NCBI GenBank assembly: GCA_037447605.1
Contig: CM074815.1
Location: forward strand, 620,001-684,000
Source: Zygnema circumcarinatum SAG 698-1b
Taxonomy: Eukaryota > Plantae > Zygnematophyceae
DNA: 64,000 bases
Reading direction: 5' to 3'
The notes under the pieces are model-generated. The model saw only the letters and a list, made by a program, of their open reading frames with translations, had not been told where the DNA came from and did not search any database. The position numbers and the translations under genes were made by a program. Shown piece by piece: positions 44,966 through 60,591 of this stretch. Every line of letters begins with the position of its first letter. Positions within the stretch are counted from its first letter, which is position 1.

Positions 44966-45539
44966 NNNNNNNNNNAAAAAAAAAAAAAAAAAAAAAAAAA
45001 ACAAAGAACTCTGGCTGTGGCCTTTGGTCACTTCCCATGCAGATGCTCCAATGCCTATAGAATCTCAATGTTTTCGACAAGCATTTATTCTCCGAATGGT
45101 ATAAAAAGGAGAATGATTTCAGAGGTCAAAATTTAGGGTTCAGATGTGCGTGACCAATTCAGGATTCAAATCAACATTTGAGGGGCCAATTTCTCCTTTA
45201 GGATCAACAACAAGCCAGGATTCAAATTCAGGGTCCACCAAATTCAGAGTTTAACATTTGAGAGATTCATTCATAGGGATCAAATTTCGATTCAAAGCCA
45301 AATACTGAGGTTCCAATTTTAGGGTTTCCAGTGCAGAATTCATGCTTTAGGGTTTCCAATCCACAAGGCGGCCCTCCTGCACCTGCGTCAGCCTGACGGA
45401 AGGCCATGATTCTCCTAAGCTTGGCCGAGACAGCTGTCAAGTCCTTAGTGGCTGGCGGAGGCGGCAGAGACGACGAGGACGCGCCACGTGTCGCCGCGTG
45501 CGCTTCCCTCAGCTTCTTTTTCTTGCTCTTGGACGCCAT
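41580..45539 (-). CDS. CCDC137-like Lys-rich nuclear/nucleolar protein; the middle exons appear twice because of a probable assembly duplication
   Basis: N-terminus MASKSKKKKLREAHAA..LPPPP..LTAVSAKLRRIMAF. Conserved VIFGDVVLAPPKM motif. C-terminus SKERLRQTAVDLYRKKRKWEMRPG. These motifs fit my recollection of the CCDC137 family (FGEVVxxPP; ERLRxxAVxxYR). Confidence 0.75.
42174..44965. repeat. Identical 1.39-kb tandem duplication (offset 1401 bp) bounded by poly-A and N10 gaps; probable assembly artefact
   Basis: 42174-43564 equals 43575-44965. The ORF-track entries are duplicated exactly at +1401, and both copies end in poly-A then 10 N. Confidence 0.85.
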
Positions 45540-46025
45540 GGCTGCGGAGGGAGGAGGAGAGCCGCCTTCTAGCAAACCCTAACTGTCAAGAGCGCACATA
45601 AAACCAGTGCGTCAACGCGAACCCTTCAAATGTCGAACTGTCCTGCGAACGGTCCACATGGAACGTGTGACACTGCCACGTGGTTGGCTCGCATTGGCGT
45701 GAAGTTATTCTCGCACATGTTAACCGACCATCCATGAACCCTTGGGCCCTGAACCCTGATTCCTGGAAAAAAAAAAAATGTATCGCGAAACTAGTACCGC
45801 ACAACACATATTTCCCGGGGAACTTATGATAACAGTTGAGAACAAAAGTACTTTTTCTCAACTAAACGTCACATCGAAACGAGGGTTATGGCCATGGCGG
45901 ATGATGGCCATGCCATGGCCGGGCATGCATGCGCTCCACCATGGTGATGGCATGGCGGGGGAGCATAGGCATGCCATGGCCATGAGGACGGGCAGGAGAA
46001 GGAAGGAGGCAGAAGGCTCTCCACT
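45540..46025. promoter_or_regulatory. Short (~486 bp) bidirectional promoter region between the CCDC137-like gene and SNAPC4
   Basis: Divergent ATGs at 45539 and 46026. Contains a telo-box AAACCCTAA (~45574), a site II-like TGGGCC (~45744), a G-box GCCACGTGG (~45675) and CATG-rich repeats (45890-45985). Confidence 0.55.
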
Positions 46026-51871
<5,846 letters not shown>

Positions 51872-52779
51872 GGTGCAGCTGGAACTGTTTGGCATTCTGC
51901 CTTTGTAGGGTCTTGCTGGCACTTAGGTGAAGAAGGGTTTGGTAGGATGAGAATACCGATGGAATTCCGTTTTGATAGAAATTGAGTTTTGGTAAAATGG
52001 GGTTTTGTTAGAATTAGGATTTTGGTAGAATTAGGGTTAAGCGACTATGTTTATCTCCTTTAATTAGCACAGAAATTGCGTTTCTCTTTCGGAGGTGTTC
52101 CTCACTCGTCTGATTTTTCCAAAGGCTGTGTGTTCATGAAGCAAACGGTGAAGATCATGTCTTTAGAAAATTCTTAAGAAATATGCAAGAGTAATGCAAG
52201 TGTCTGAACATTGCAAATTATTTGAAAGCAAAATAATTCCAGTACCACAAAAGACTGGATAAATGTCGCACTTAAACTTTCTTGTTGTTGTGCGAACGAC
52301 GATTTATCTTGGTCTGTTTCGAGAGAGAGAGAGCGAGAGAATGCCGCTGCAAAACTATCCATAATGAAAAACGCAACATTGTCAAAGGTGCTCGAAAAAC
52401 ATCTCTACGACACTTCACTCGTGCTTTAGCCCTCATTATGCCTGAATTTTTCAAATCGTTTCAGGACCGAATTTAAGCCTGCTTCAAAAACCGCTAAATA
52501 AGCGAAAAAAACTAGTCTGACTGTCCTGCCAAAACTCGAACTACGCAAATTCAAACCCTAACTTCCCCTATCAAACTGAGCCCTAACTTATTTCACATTT
52601 CTTGAAATATAGGTCGCATAGTGTCCACAGTTTTTTGATCTTCCAACGGTGAAATTCAAAGAGTCCGAACTCCAACCTCCAGATCCGCACCTTTTAATGC
52701 ACACCAAGCCCCCTCACGAATTTCTTCGCCTCCCTGTCTGCCTGCCTGCCTGCCCTCAACCGTTCCCACCAAGGCACTA

Positions 52780-53230
52780 ACAGCTGCCTCTCCCTCCATC
52801 TCTCTCTCCCTCCCTCCCTCGTCTCTCGCTCTCACTCTCTCTCACACACCTCCCTTCACTCCCTCCCTCCCTTTCTCCCTCCCTCCCTCTCCCTCCATCT
52901 GTCTCTCCCTCCCTCCATCCCTCGCCTCTCACCCTCTCTCTCTCACACACCCCCTTCCCTTCACTCCCTCCCTTTCTCCCTCCCTCCCTCTCCCACCATC
53001 TGTCTCTCCCTCCCTCCCTCCCTCCCTCGTCTCTCGCCCTCTCTCTCTCTGACACACCCCCTCCCCTTCACTCCCTCCATAAATCCCTTTCACCCTCCCT
53101 CCCTCTCCCTCCCTCCCTCTCTCCCTCCCTCCCTCCCTCGTCTCTCGCCCTTTCTCTCTCACACACCCTCTCCCCTTCACTCCCTCCCTTTCTCCCTCCC
53201 TCCCTCTCCCTCCCTCTCTCTCTCTCCCCC
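52780..53230. repeat. CT-rich ~65-bp-unit minisatellite downstream of the bL32m stop
   Basis: Recurrent ccctccctccctcgtctctcgc..ctctctctcacacacc..cccttcactccctccc. Confidence 0.75.
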
Positions 53231-53243
53231 TCCAACAAGCGCG

Positions 53244-54110
53244 TCACATGGCGCCTTCCGGCGGAGTCCCCGGACAGCAAAAGAGCCCCTGCAGCCGCAC
53301 CCTCCCGCAGCTCCTGCACACGTGGCAGGCCGTCATTGGCCAGGACAGCTTAGATGACGTGGCAGCACCGTAACCCTTCCAGGGTTCAGAGCGACTTTCA
53401 GGACTGTTCGGTTTCGGCACTTTTCAAGCTTCGAAGCGTTTTTGAAACATTTTTTCCAAGAGCCTCCACATTCGGCCGTGAGCATTGCATGAAACCTAAA
53501 CCCTAAGCCCTAAACCCTGTCACCTGCAAAAAACAAGGAAACCGGAACCTGACTCCTAGATCTGAACCCGAACATCTACACCTAAATCCCTGAACCCCAG
53601 CCAAAAAAACTCTGCACACTAAACCCTAAACCCTAGACCCTTACCCTAAACCCGAAACCTAAACCTAAACCCTCCAGAAGCGGGTCCTCACCTGCACCGC
53701 ACCACCACAGGGACGGGCTTCAGCGCTTTCGGGCCGTTCCTTTTTCCTTTCCGAGAGGGCGTCACCTGCAGTCACGCCGCCAGCTATCGGGGTTCAGGAT
53801 CTAGAGTTCAGGGTTTATCAGAACGGCCTCAAGGACCGTACGCTTACCAAACTCTACATCCTTAAACCCCTTAGCTAAAGGTCAAGGGCTTAGGGCTAAA
53901 TATTTAGGGTTCAGGGATTAGTGATTAGGGTTTAAGGGTTTCTGAACCCTAGTTCACCTTCCGTTTGGGGACCGCCATTAGTTGCAGCCCCGCGCCGGGC
54001 GGCGGGGTTGGCGGCAAACTCGCCGTGACCAGTCGAGCTACAAGCTGCCACGAGGCGCCCAATAAGGGGGCCACGTAGCTGCCTCTGCGGGCAGCCGGCA
54101 CGCGCCACAT
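53244..54110 (-). CDS. Nuclear-encoded mitochondrial ribosomal protein bL32m (L32p family), 3 exons; only fragments appear in the ORF track
   Basis: Exons 54110-53958, 53765-53692 and 53313-53244 splice in frame (phases 0 and 2). The product is a presequence followed by MAVPKRKVTPSRKGKRNGPKALKPVPVVVRCRSCGRVRLQGLFCCPG, the plant mitochondrial L32 signature. Confidence 0.92.
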
Positions 54111-55338
54111 GGCAGTCAGAGAGGCCGACACGTGGCGCGGACGCGCAGGGGAGGGAGATATGGGCAAAGGAGAGGTGGTGTACGGACGAGGACTAGGTAG
54201 ACACGTGGCGGGCCCCCATTGGCTGCCGGACGACCGGGGTTTGGGACAGTGGCCGATTCTCTCAACATCTCGATACGTTACGATACGATACGATACTGTA
54301 TCGCAATGTCGCTGAGTATATCGTGTATCTTTTATATCGTGTGTATCGGCAGTGGCGGATGTTTTCAATGCAATGCCATGCCATGTCATGCCATGCAATG
54401 CCATGCAAGCCGTGCCTGCCTGCCTTCCGAGGACGGGCGGGCCGCGGCAAAGCGAAGAAGACACGCTGAGGCGCAGTTGTGGCCGGCTCCACGGCTCCAT
54501 GAATTTGAAAGGGAGTTCGTGCTTGTTGTTGACAATTTGAGCCCGGTATCTCCCACTACTCTCACTCTCTGACATGCTTGCAAGTCTGAATCAAGGCAAC
54601 CCTCAAGTGCACACACTGAAAAGCAGATGATTCAAACAAGCAAAACACGGAAAGAGAATAAGTGAGGAGAAAGCACTATAACTAACAGATTTTTCCTGAA
54701 ACACGCTACGTTATGTGCCCTATCTTTTTCTCTCAGTTTTAATTCCCGCTATTTCCAACTGCCGCGGACTCCACTTTTGTCGCGTCTCGTTTCGTCACGT
54801 CACGGTCCCAAACATACTTGCCACGTCATATGTTGCCGCGACCAAAAATGTCGCTCCACGTGTTGCGCCCTTATACCTTGTAGACGCGCGCGCTTCGTAC
54901 ATTTCAAATCACCATCCGTACATTCGTACGAAAAAAGGTCTGTATCTATTCTGAAAAAGTATGAAACAGCATTTTTCGCCAAAAAAAACCTTTTTTTGCT
55001 GCCCGGCGAAAACTTACACTATATTCAGAAAAAGGACACTGTAAATAGTCGCCCCCTTTCCAATAATACGGATGTTTGTCCGTACAGTCCATTCGGTAGT
55101 GAACTCGTAAACTGCTAAGTTGAGTCCCTCCCTGAACGGCCCTTCCGGTCCCCCGTGACGTCATGGCTTCCCACTCCGGCGCCATGGGACCATAGCGGCT
55201 GCCACGCGGCGCCCTGTGAGGGCCTCAGAGCGAACGACGAAACCTTAGAAACCCTTAAAACCCTATAAATCCTGAAAACCCCGAGAGCCCTGAAAACCCC
55301 GGAAACCTTAAAAACACTGAGACGGCAGGACAGGCGCC

Positions 55339-55650
55339 ATGGCGGCCAAGCTCAGTGTCGTCCACGTGACCGTATTATTCTTGCTGCTGAGCACGCTGGC
55401 GGTGGGGGGTGCCACGTGGCAGCAGCTCCGTGGAGACGCGGCGGCGGGCGGGCGAGCGCTTCTTTCGGCGAAAGCGCCGCCGGGATGGGTCTCGTGCAAG
55501 AACGGACTGCCCAAGAAGAGCCGTGAGACCCCCTGTGGACCCCTCCGTGGTGCAAAGGGGCGGGCCTTAATTTGACAAACTGAGAGGCAGTTTTTGTATG
55601 ATTATGAAAGAGGAACGGCATCTCATTCGACTTCCTTTCTGTTCTTTCCC

Positions 55651-55704
<54 letters not shown>

Positions 55705-56192
55705 CTATCTCTCTCTCTCGCCCTCTCTCTCTCTCCCCCCCTCTCTCCATCCGCTCCCCTATCTCTCCTCTCTCTCTCTCTCTCTCTTTTTCCCCCCACT
55801 ATCTCTTTCCCCCTCTTTCTCACTCTGCGCCCCCCTCTCTCCTCCCCCTCTCTCCCCCTCTCTCGCTCCCCCCCCTCACTCTCCGCCCCCCTCTCTCCCC
55901 CTTTCCCCCCTCTCACGCTCCGCCCCACTCTCCCCCCCTCTCTCGCTCCCTCCCCCTCACTCTCCACCCCCGTCTCTCCCCCTCTCTTGCTCCCCACCCC
56001 CCCCTCACTCTCCGCCTTCCTCTCTCCCCCCCCCCCACCCACTCTCTCTCTGTCTCTCTGTTTCTCCCTCTCGTTTTCCTCTCCTTCCCCGTCCTCCTCG
56101 CAGCGTGCAAGAAGTCGGAGAGGATGTGCTGCGGGCGGGTCGGCGTGGTCCTGTGCGTCCCAAAGAGCGTTTCGTGCGATGGAATCGATTAG
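55339..56192 (+). CDS. Small secreted cysteine-rich peptide precursor CRP-1 (90 aa; 6-Cys C-C-CC-C-C)
   Basis: Exon 1 55339-55522 (donor gtgaga, phase 1) and exon 2 56104-56192 (acceptor ctcgcag) give MAAKLSVVHVTVLFLLLSTLAVGG-ATWQQLRGDAAAGGRALL-SAKAPPGWVSCKNGLPKKSPCKKSERMCCGRVGVVLCVPKSVSCDGID*. Confidence 0.85.
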
Positions 56193-57052
56193 TTCGGCCG
56201 ACCGCAAACATGTCAACTTCAAACTTCAAAGCGTTTTAGGGTTTGGGTTGTTCATGGTTTTAAGTATCTTGGGTTTAAGGATTTAAGCATCTTGGGTTTA
56301 AGGGTTATGGCCTTTTGGGAGGTTATTTTCGAAGTTGTTGTGAAGGATCAAAACGGGGTTGAGTTGAGGACGTTCTCGGCTCTCAAAGACGAGTTATTCT
56401 TGTTATTATCACGTTCTTCAATTACAACAGTTTCTTTCTTTCCATATTTTAAGGATTGCACATTGTGTTGGGTCCGAATGAATGCGTGGTTGAGAGTGAT
56501 CGTGGTTCAAAACACTCATTTAAAAAAAAAAATTGAAAAAAGGGTGGGCGTTGGGGTCCGGATGGAATGGAAACGTAGGAAAAAAAAAAAAAAATGAATT
56601 TTCGTCCGTTTCGTTTGCTCTTGCCTCAGTGCTGTGCGTGTCCGTAAATTCGTAAAATGGGCCCTCCGGATTTCAGAATTTGCAAGAAATCAGAAACTCG
56701 TTAGAGTTTTCGCCTCCGCGGACATTCCGGGGGGGGCTGTTTTATCAGCAGCGTCTGAAGTTCGGCATCCTACTCGAGTTTTTCCGAATTTCAGAAATTC
56801 GGTACAAATGTTTGGGAACGTTTCAGCGTCCTCATTTATCCGAACAACCTCAACTTTAATAGGCCTAATTGGGCTAAAAGTGATGAGACTTCACCAAGAC
56901 CGTACCTCCAATGTTCCCTCTCTCCCTCTCTCTCTCTCTCCCTCCCTCCCTTTCTCTATCTCGTGAATTGACTATGCATGTGAGAAGATATGAAACATAT
57001 ACGTCCGATGGCCTCGCCATCGTAGATCAATCGGAGCATTCAAGTCAAATCT

Positions 57053-57248
57053 CATAGTGCGACACATGTACCACAGTGCGACATGCATGCGACGCCGCGC
57101 ATGTGATGCTAGGCGCCTCAAATAGTCAAATGTGCAGCGTTTTTGGCGACTCAATTTTGTTTGCGACCCATTTATGAGCGTCGCACTATGCGAAATACGT
57201 CGCACTATGGGATAATTCGTCGCACTATGGATAATGCGTCTCACTATG
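57053..57248. repeat. Head-to-head arrays of an 11-12-bp motif (GTCGCACTATG) with ~19-bp period; possible MITE/foldback remnant
   Basis: Reverse copies CATAGTGCGAC 57053-57063 and CACAGTGCGAC 57072-57082. Forward copies CGTCGCACTATG at 57179, 57198 and 57218, and a variant at 57237. Confidence 0.7.
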
Positions 57249-58016
57249 TGCTTTCCGCATATTTGAACAGTTCATTCCCGAACTCCACCCGACCGAAATC
57301 CAAATTCTTCTTTTTCTTTCAAATTCCGCGAATTGTGAATACGGAATTTGGTACTGAATTTTCAATACCTAATGCGCCACCGACGGCGTGGGACCCGCCG
57401 GGTTTTCCGGACACAACGGCTATAAGCTTTCAGGCTTCTACCGCACGACTGTCCGTACAACTGGCAGGAGCCGCGCCAAGCTGTCAATGTACGAACAGTA
57501 CGAACCATACGGAACTGAACGCCCTTGCTCTATGCTGCTTTCCCTGCTGACTAAACTGTGATTAACTGTATAGTCAGAGTCCCCTCCCTCGAAAATAACG
57601 CAGTCATGGTCAAATATGATGGCCACGACTAACCAGGAAAGATTTGTGGTCGGCGTGATGTACGAACACTTGTACGAACTGCTGACATGTCACGACCCGG
57701 CAATTATTACTGCTGCCAGAAGCTTGCCACGTGTCACTCCCTTGCTGACGAGGACCGAATCGGATCCTGCCGCTCGATGGTCGGCAAACCTCCACCGCCG
57801 TCAGCAGAGGCGACAAGGCGAGGGCGCACCACGTGGCACGTGCAGATTAACGCAGGACCAAATGGACAAGTATTTTCTGTCCTATGCGTAAGAAAATCCT
57901 TGACCATTCGTACGGTCACCTTTCGTACGGTCGGCCGGTCCCTCCCTGCTTCGTCCGCGCCCGCCACAAAGCGACGCGCGTTGGAGCGCTCCGAGGAGTC
58001 CCCGTAAGCCGCAGCC

Positions 58017-58585
58017 ATGGCCGCCCCACCGAACGCGCGCCACGTGGCAGCCCTCGCGCTCGTCTTCCTCGTCCTCGTCGCGGCGGCGCTGAACGTAGAG
58101 GCCGCCACGTGGCAGCTCCGCGGCGCGGGCGGCCAATTGGAGGGCCCGGAGGAGAGCCACGTGGCAGCGCACGGGCGAGCGCTGCTGACCGTGAAAAAGC
58201 CGCCGAAGGTGAAATGCGTGAAGGGGGGACCGCCAAAAAAAAATAAGCGTAAGACCCCATTTGCAACCCCATCTCAAGCGCAGGCGGTTTTAGTTCTTCA
58301 GGGGTTTTTTTTTTCCAGCTTTTTTTGAAATCAGAAACTTGGTTTTAGGAGGTTTTTGAAACCCGCGAGCTCCTTTCTGCTCCTCCGACGCTTCTTCTGA
58401 AAGCGCCGCGGATTGCCGAAGTTTTGCAGGCTCTAACTCTTTTTTTTTTTTTTTGCATTTGAATTTGCATTTGCGGTGTGCCCGCAGTGTGCCCCGACCC
58501 GAAGTACCCGCGAGTGTGTTGTGACAGCGCGGGCTACGTCGTATGCGTGGCCAAAGGCGTCATGTGCCTCAAGCCGCCCGCGTGA
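58017..58585 (+). CDS. Small secreted cysteine-rich peptide precursor CRP-2 (109 aa; paralog of CRP-1)
   Basis: Exon 1 58017-58248 (donor gtaaga, phase 1) and exon 2 58488-58585 (acceptor cccgcag) give MAAPPNARHVAALALVFLVLVAAALNVEA-ATWQLRGAGGQLEGPEESHVAAHGRALL-TVKKPPKVKCVKGGPPKKNKLCPDPKYPRVCCDSAGYVVCVAKGVMCLKPPA*. Confidence 0.87.
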
Positions 58586-60140
58586 GGGAGAGGGAGAGGG
58601 AGAGGGAGGGAGAGGGAGAGGGAGAGGGAGAGGGAGGGAGAGGGAGAGGGAGAGGGACAGGGAGGGAGAGGGTGAGGGAGCGGGTGAGGGAACAGGCGCC
58701 TTTCGTGTTTCCAGGGAATTGTGTTGAGATCCGTACAATCGGACATAGAGCCGTACGAAACCTTTGTACGGAAGTAATGTACGAAACTGTACGAATGGAG
58801 TCACACGTGTTGAGTTTAGGAAGTGATGTGAATCCCTAGACCCTTTGATCGAATGGTTCATGTTGTTCATCATGTTATGCTTTTGGCGGCGAGGTTTTAG
58901 GAAGGACAAGTATAAGACTACTGTTTTCTGTGTCTTTGTCAACCGGAGCTTTGAGGGAAAGCATAGAATGCTTGTGCTCCTGTTCAACTTTGGAATAAAG
59001 CTTTTGGGGATAAGTGTGTTGTGCACTGAATGATTAAGATTGCTGAAAATGTCTATGAGAGGAAAATCTTCTAGTAGATGAAATAGAAGAAACTGAGAGA
59101 GAAGTAAGGCCCAGTTTTACATTCTGAAGGCTCGCTTTGGACACATGGGGTTTGCATTAATGAATGGACACGCGGTGCATCGCCTCGTGTGTTTGATGTC
59201 CAGCTCTGTCCCTCCATGCGCCTGCCCGTGCATACATACATTCATGCATGCATGCATGCATGATGGCATGGAATGGCATGGCATGCATGCTCGCGGCGTG
59301 GCATGGCTTTGTCGCCCCAAAATGGAAAGGAGCAAAGATGGATGGATGGATGGTGGATGCATGCAGCCCTCTTTCAAAGAAATGTTTATTCAAATATGGC
59401 CACGGGTTTGCTTGGCTTCGCGTGCGCTGGTTGACTAGAATTGACCAGCTAATGACCCGTTTGCAAGCCCTGAACATCGGAAACCACTCGCCGATGGCCA
59501 ATGCCCACCACGCGTCCCTTAGGGTTTGACCGCCTTGGACCAGTACAAATGCAGAATCCGTATCGTACGGTAATCACTCCGATTCCGCAGCTGTGGCCTG
59601 TACGGAGACGCATTTCCAAGAGCTGCCGGGGTTGGGGGCACAGCGGCGGACTCTGGCAAGATGACCAGTACGGCATATTTTGTTTCCAGGCTGTTGACAT
59701 CAGTACTGATGTACGGCTAAGATTCGCATGATTGGAGCTTGTCGGTAGGACGTACGGCAAAGTACGGATTATTAGTGATACAGTACTGTAAAACCGAGCA
59801 GGCTGAGAATTTTTTCTGAAATTCTCAATCTTACTGAAAATAGGGTCGAACTTTGATTGGAGCAAGCACATGTCTTGTCGTTTTGTACTACAGTACATGT
59901 CACTTTCTGTACGGGCTTTCCACAAAATCAGCAGTCATCTGTACAATAACTGTACAAAAACGACAAAACCCCAATCATTGCTTTTCTAGAGTCGTACGGA
60001 CAGCACACAACCTTAAGTCCGGTCGGAGCGACCGCGACCGACGGTTACTGCCGCAGCCGGAAACTCGGCACGTGGCGAGCGGCTATTGGGTTTCAGGAGC
60101 TTCACCGACAGACCAGATCCGCTACCGTTATTATTCGATA

Positions 60141-60362
60141 CCAATGGTTGGCGCTCGGACGGAGCGGGCAGACCAATGGCTGGCACACGAACGGAGCGGG
60201 CAGACCAATTGGCGTCGGACGGAGCGGGCAGACCAATGGTTGGCGCACGGACGGAGTGGGCAGTCCAATAGTTGGCGGACGGATGGAGCGAGCAGACCAA
60301 TGGTTGGCGCTCGGACAGAGGGGACAGACCAATGGGCTCGCGCCAACCATTGGTCTGCTCGC
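60141..60362. repeat. ~32-bp minisatellite (6+ copies, consensus CCAATGGTTGGCGCTCGGACGGAGCGGGCAGA) ending in an inverted copy
   Basis: Units start at 60141, 60173, 60205, 60233, 60265, 60297 and 60329. The segment 60341-60362 is the reverse complement of the unit junction. Confidence 0.88.
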
Positions 60363-60591
60363 CTCCGCCTCCGCCACCGCCTCCGCCACCGCCTCCGGAT
60401 GTGGATGGCCACAACCTTAATCCTTCCATCTTCGATTGACTAAGATTGACCAACTAATGTGGACGTTAGGAAAGATATGCTCTGGCCACTTCCCAATCGC
60501 CAGAGGAAGATGGTTTAAGAGGACGAAAGAACGGCAAGTTTTGTGATTAGTGAAAGGACCCAACAAATGCTGACTACCCAAATTATCATTT

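Noticed and set aside
53230-54110. Apparent extra CRP paralogs on the minus strand (GASWQL...GLQLMAVPK and QELREGAAAGALLLS)
   Set aside because: The exons splice cleanly into mitochondrial ribosomal protein bL32m. The QELREG reading is an alternative frame of its last exon, and there is no signal peptide or 6-Cys domain.
60141-60362. CRISPR-like 32-bp repeats
   Set aside because: The units are contiguous with no unique spacers, the context is eukaryotic and there are no cas genes. It is a minisatellite, and the same applies to 31888-32016.
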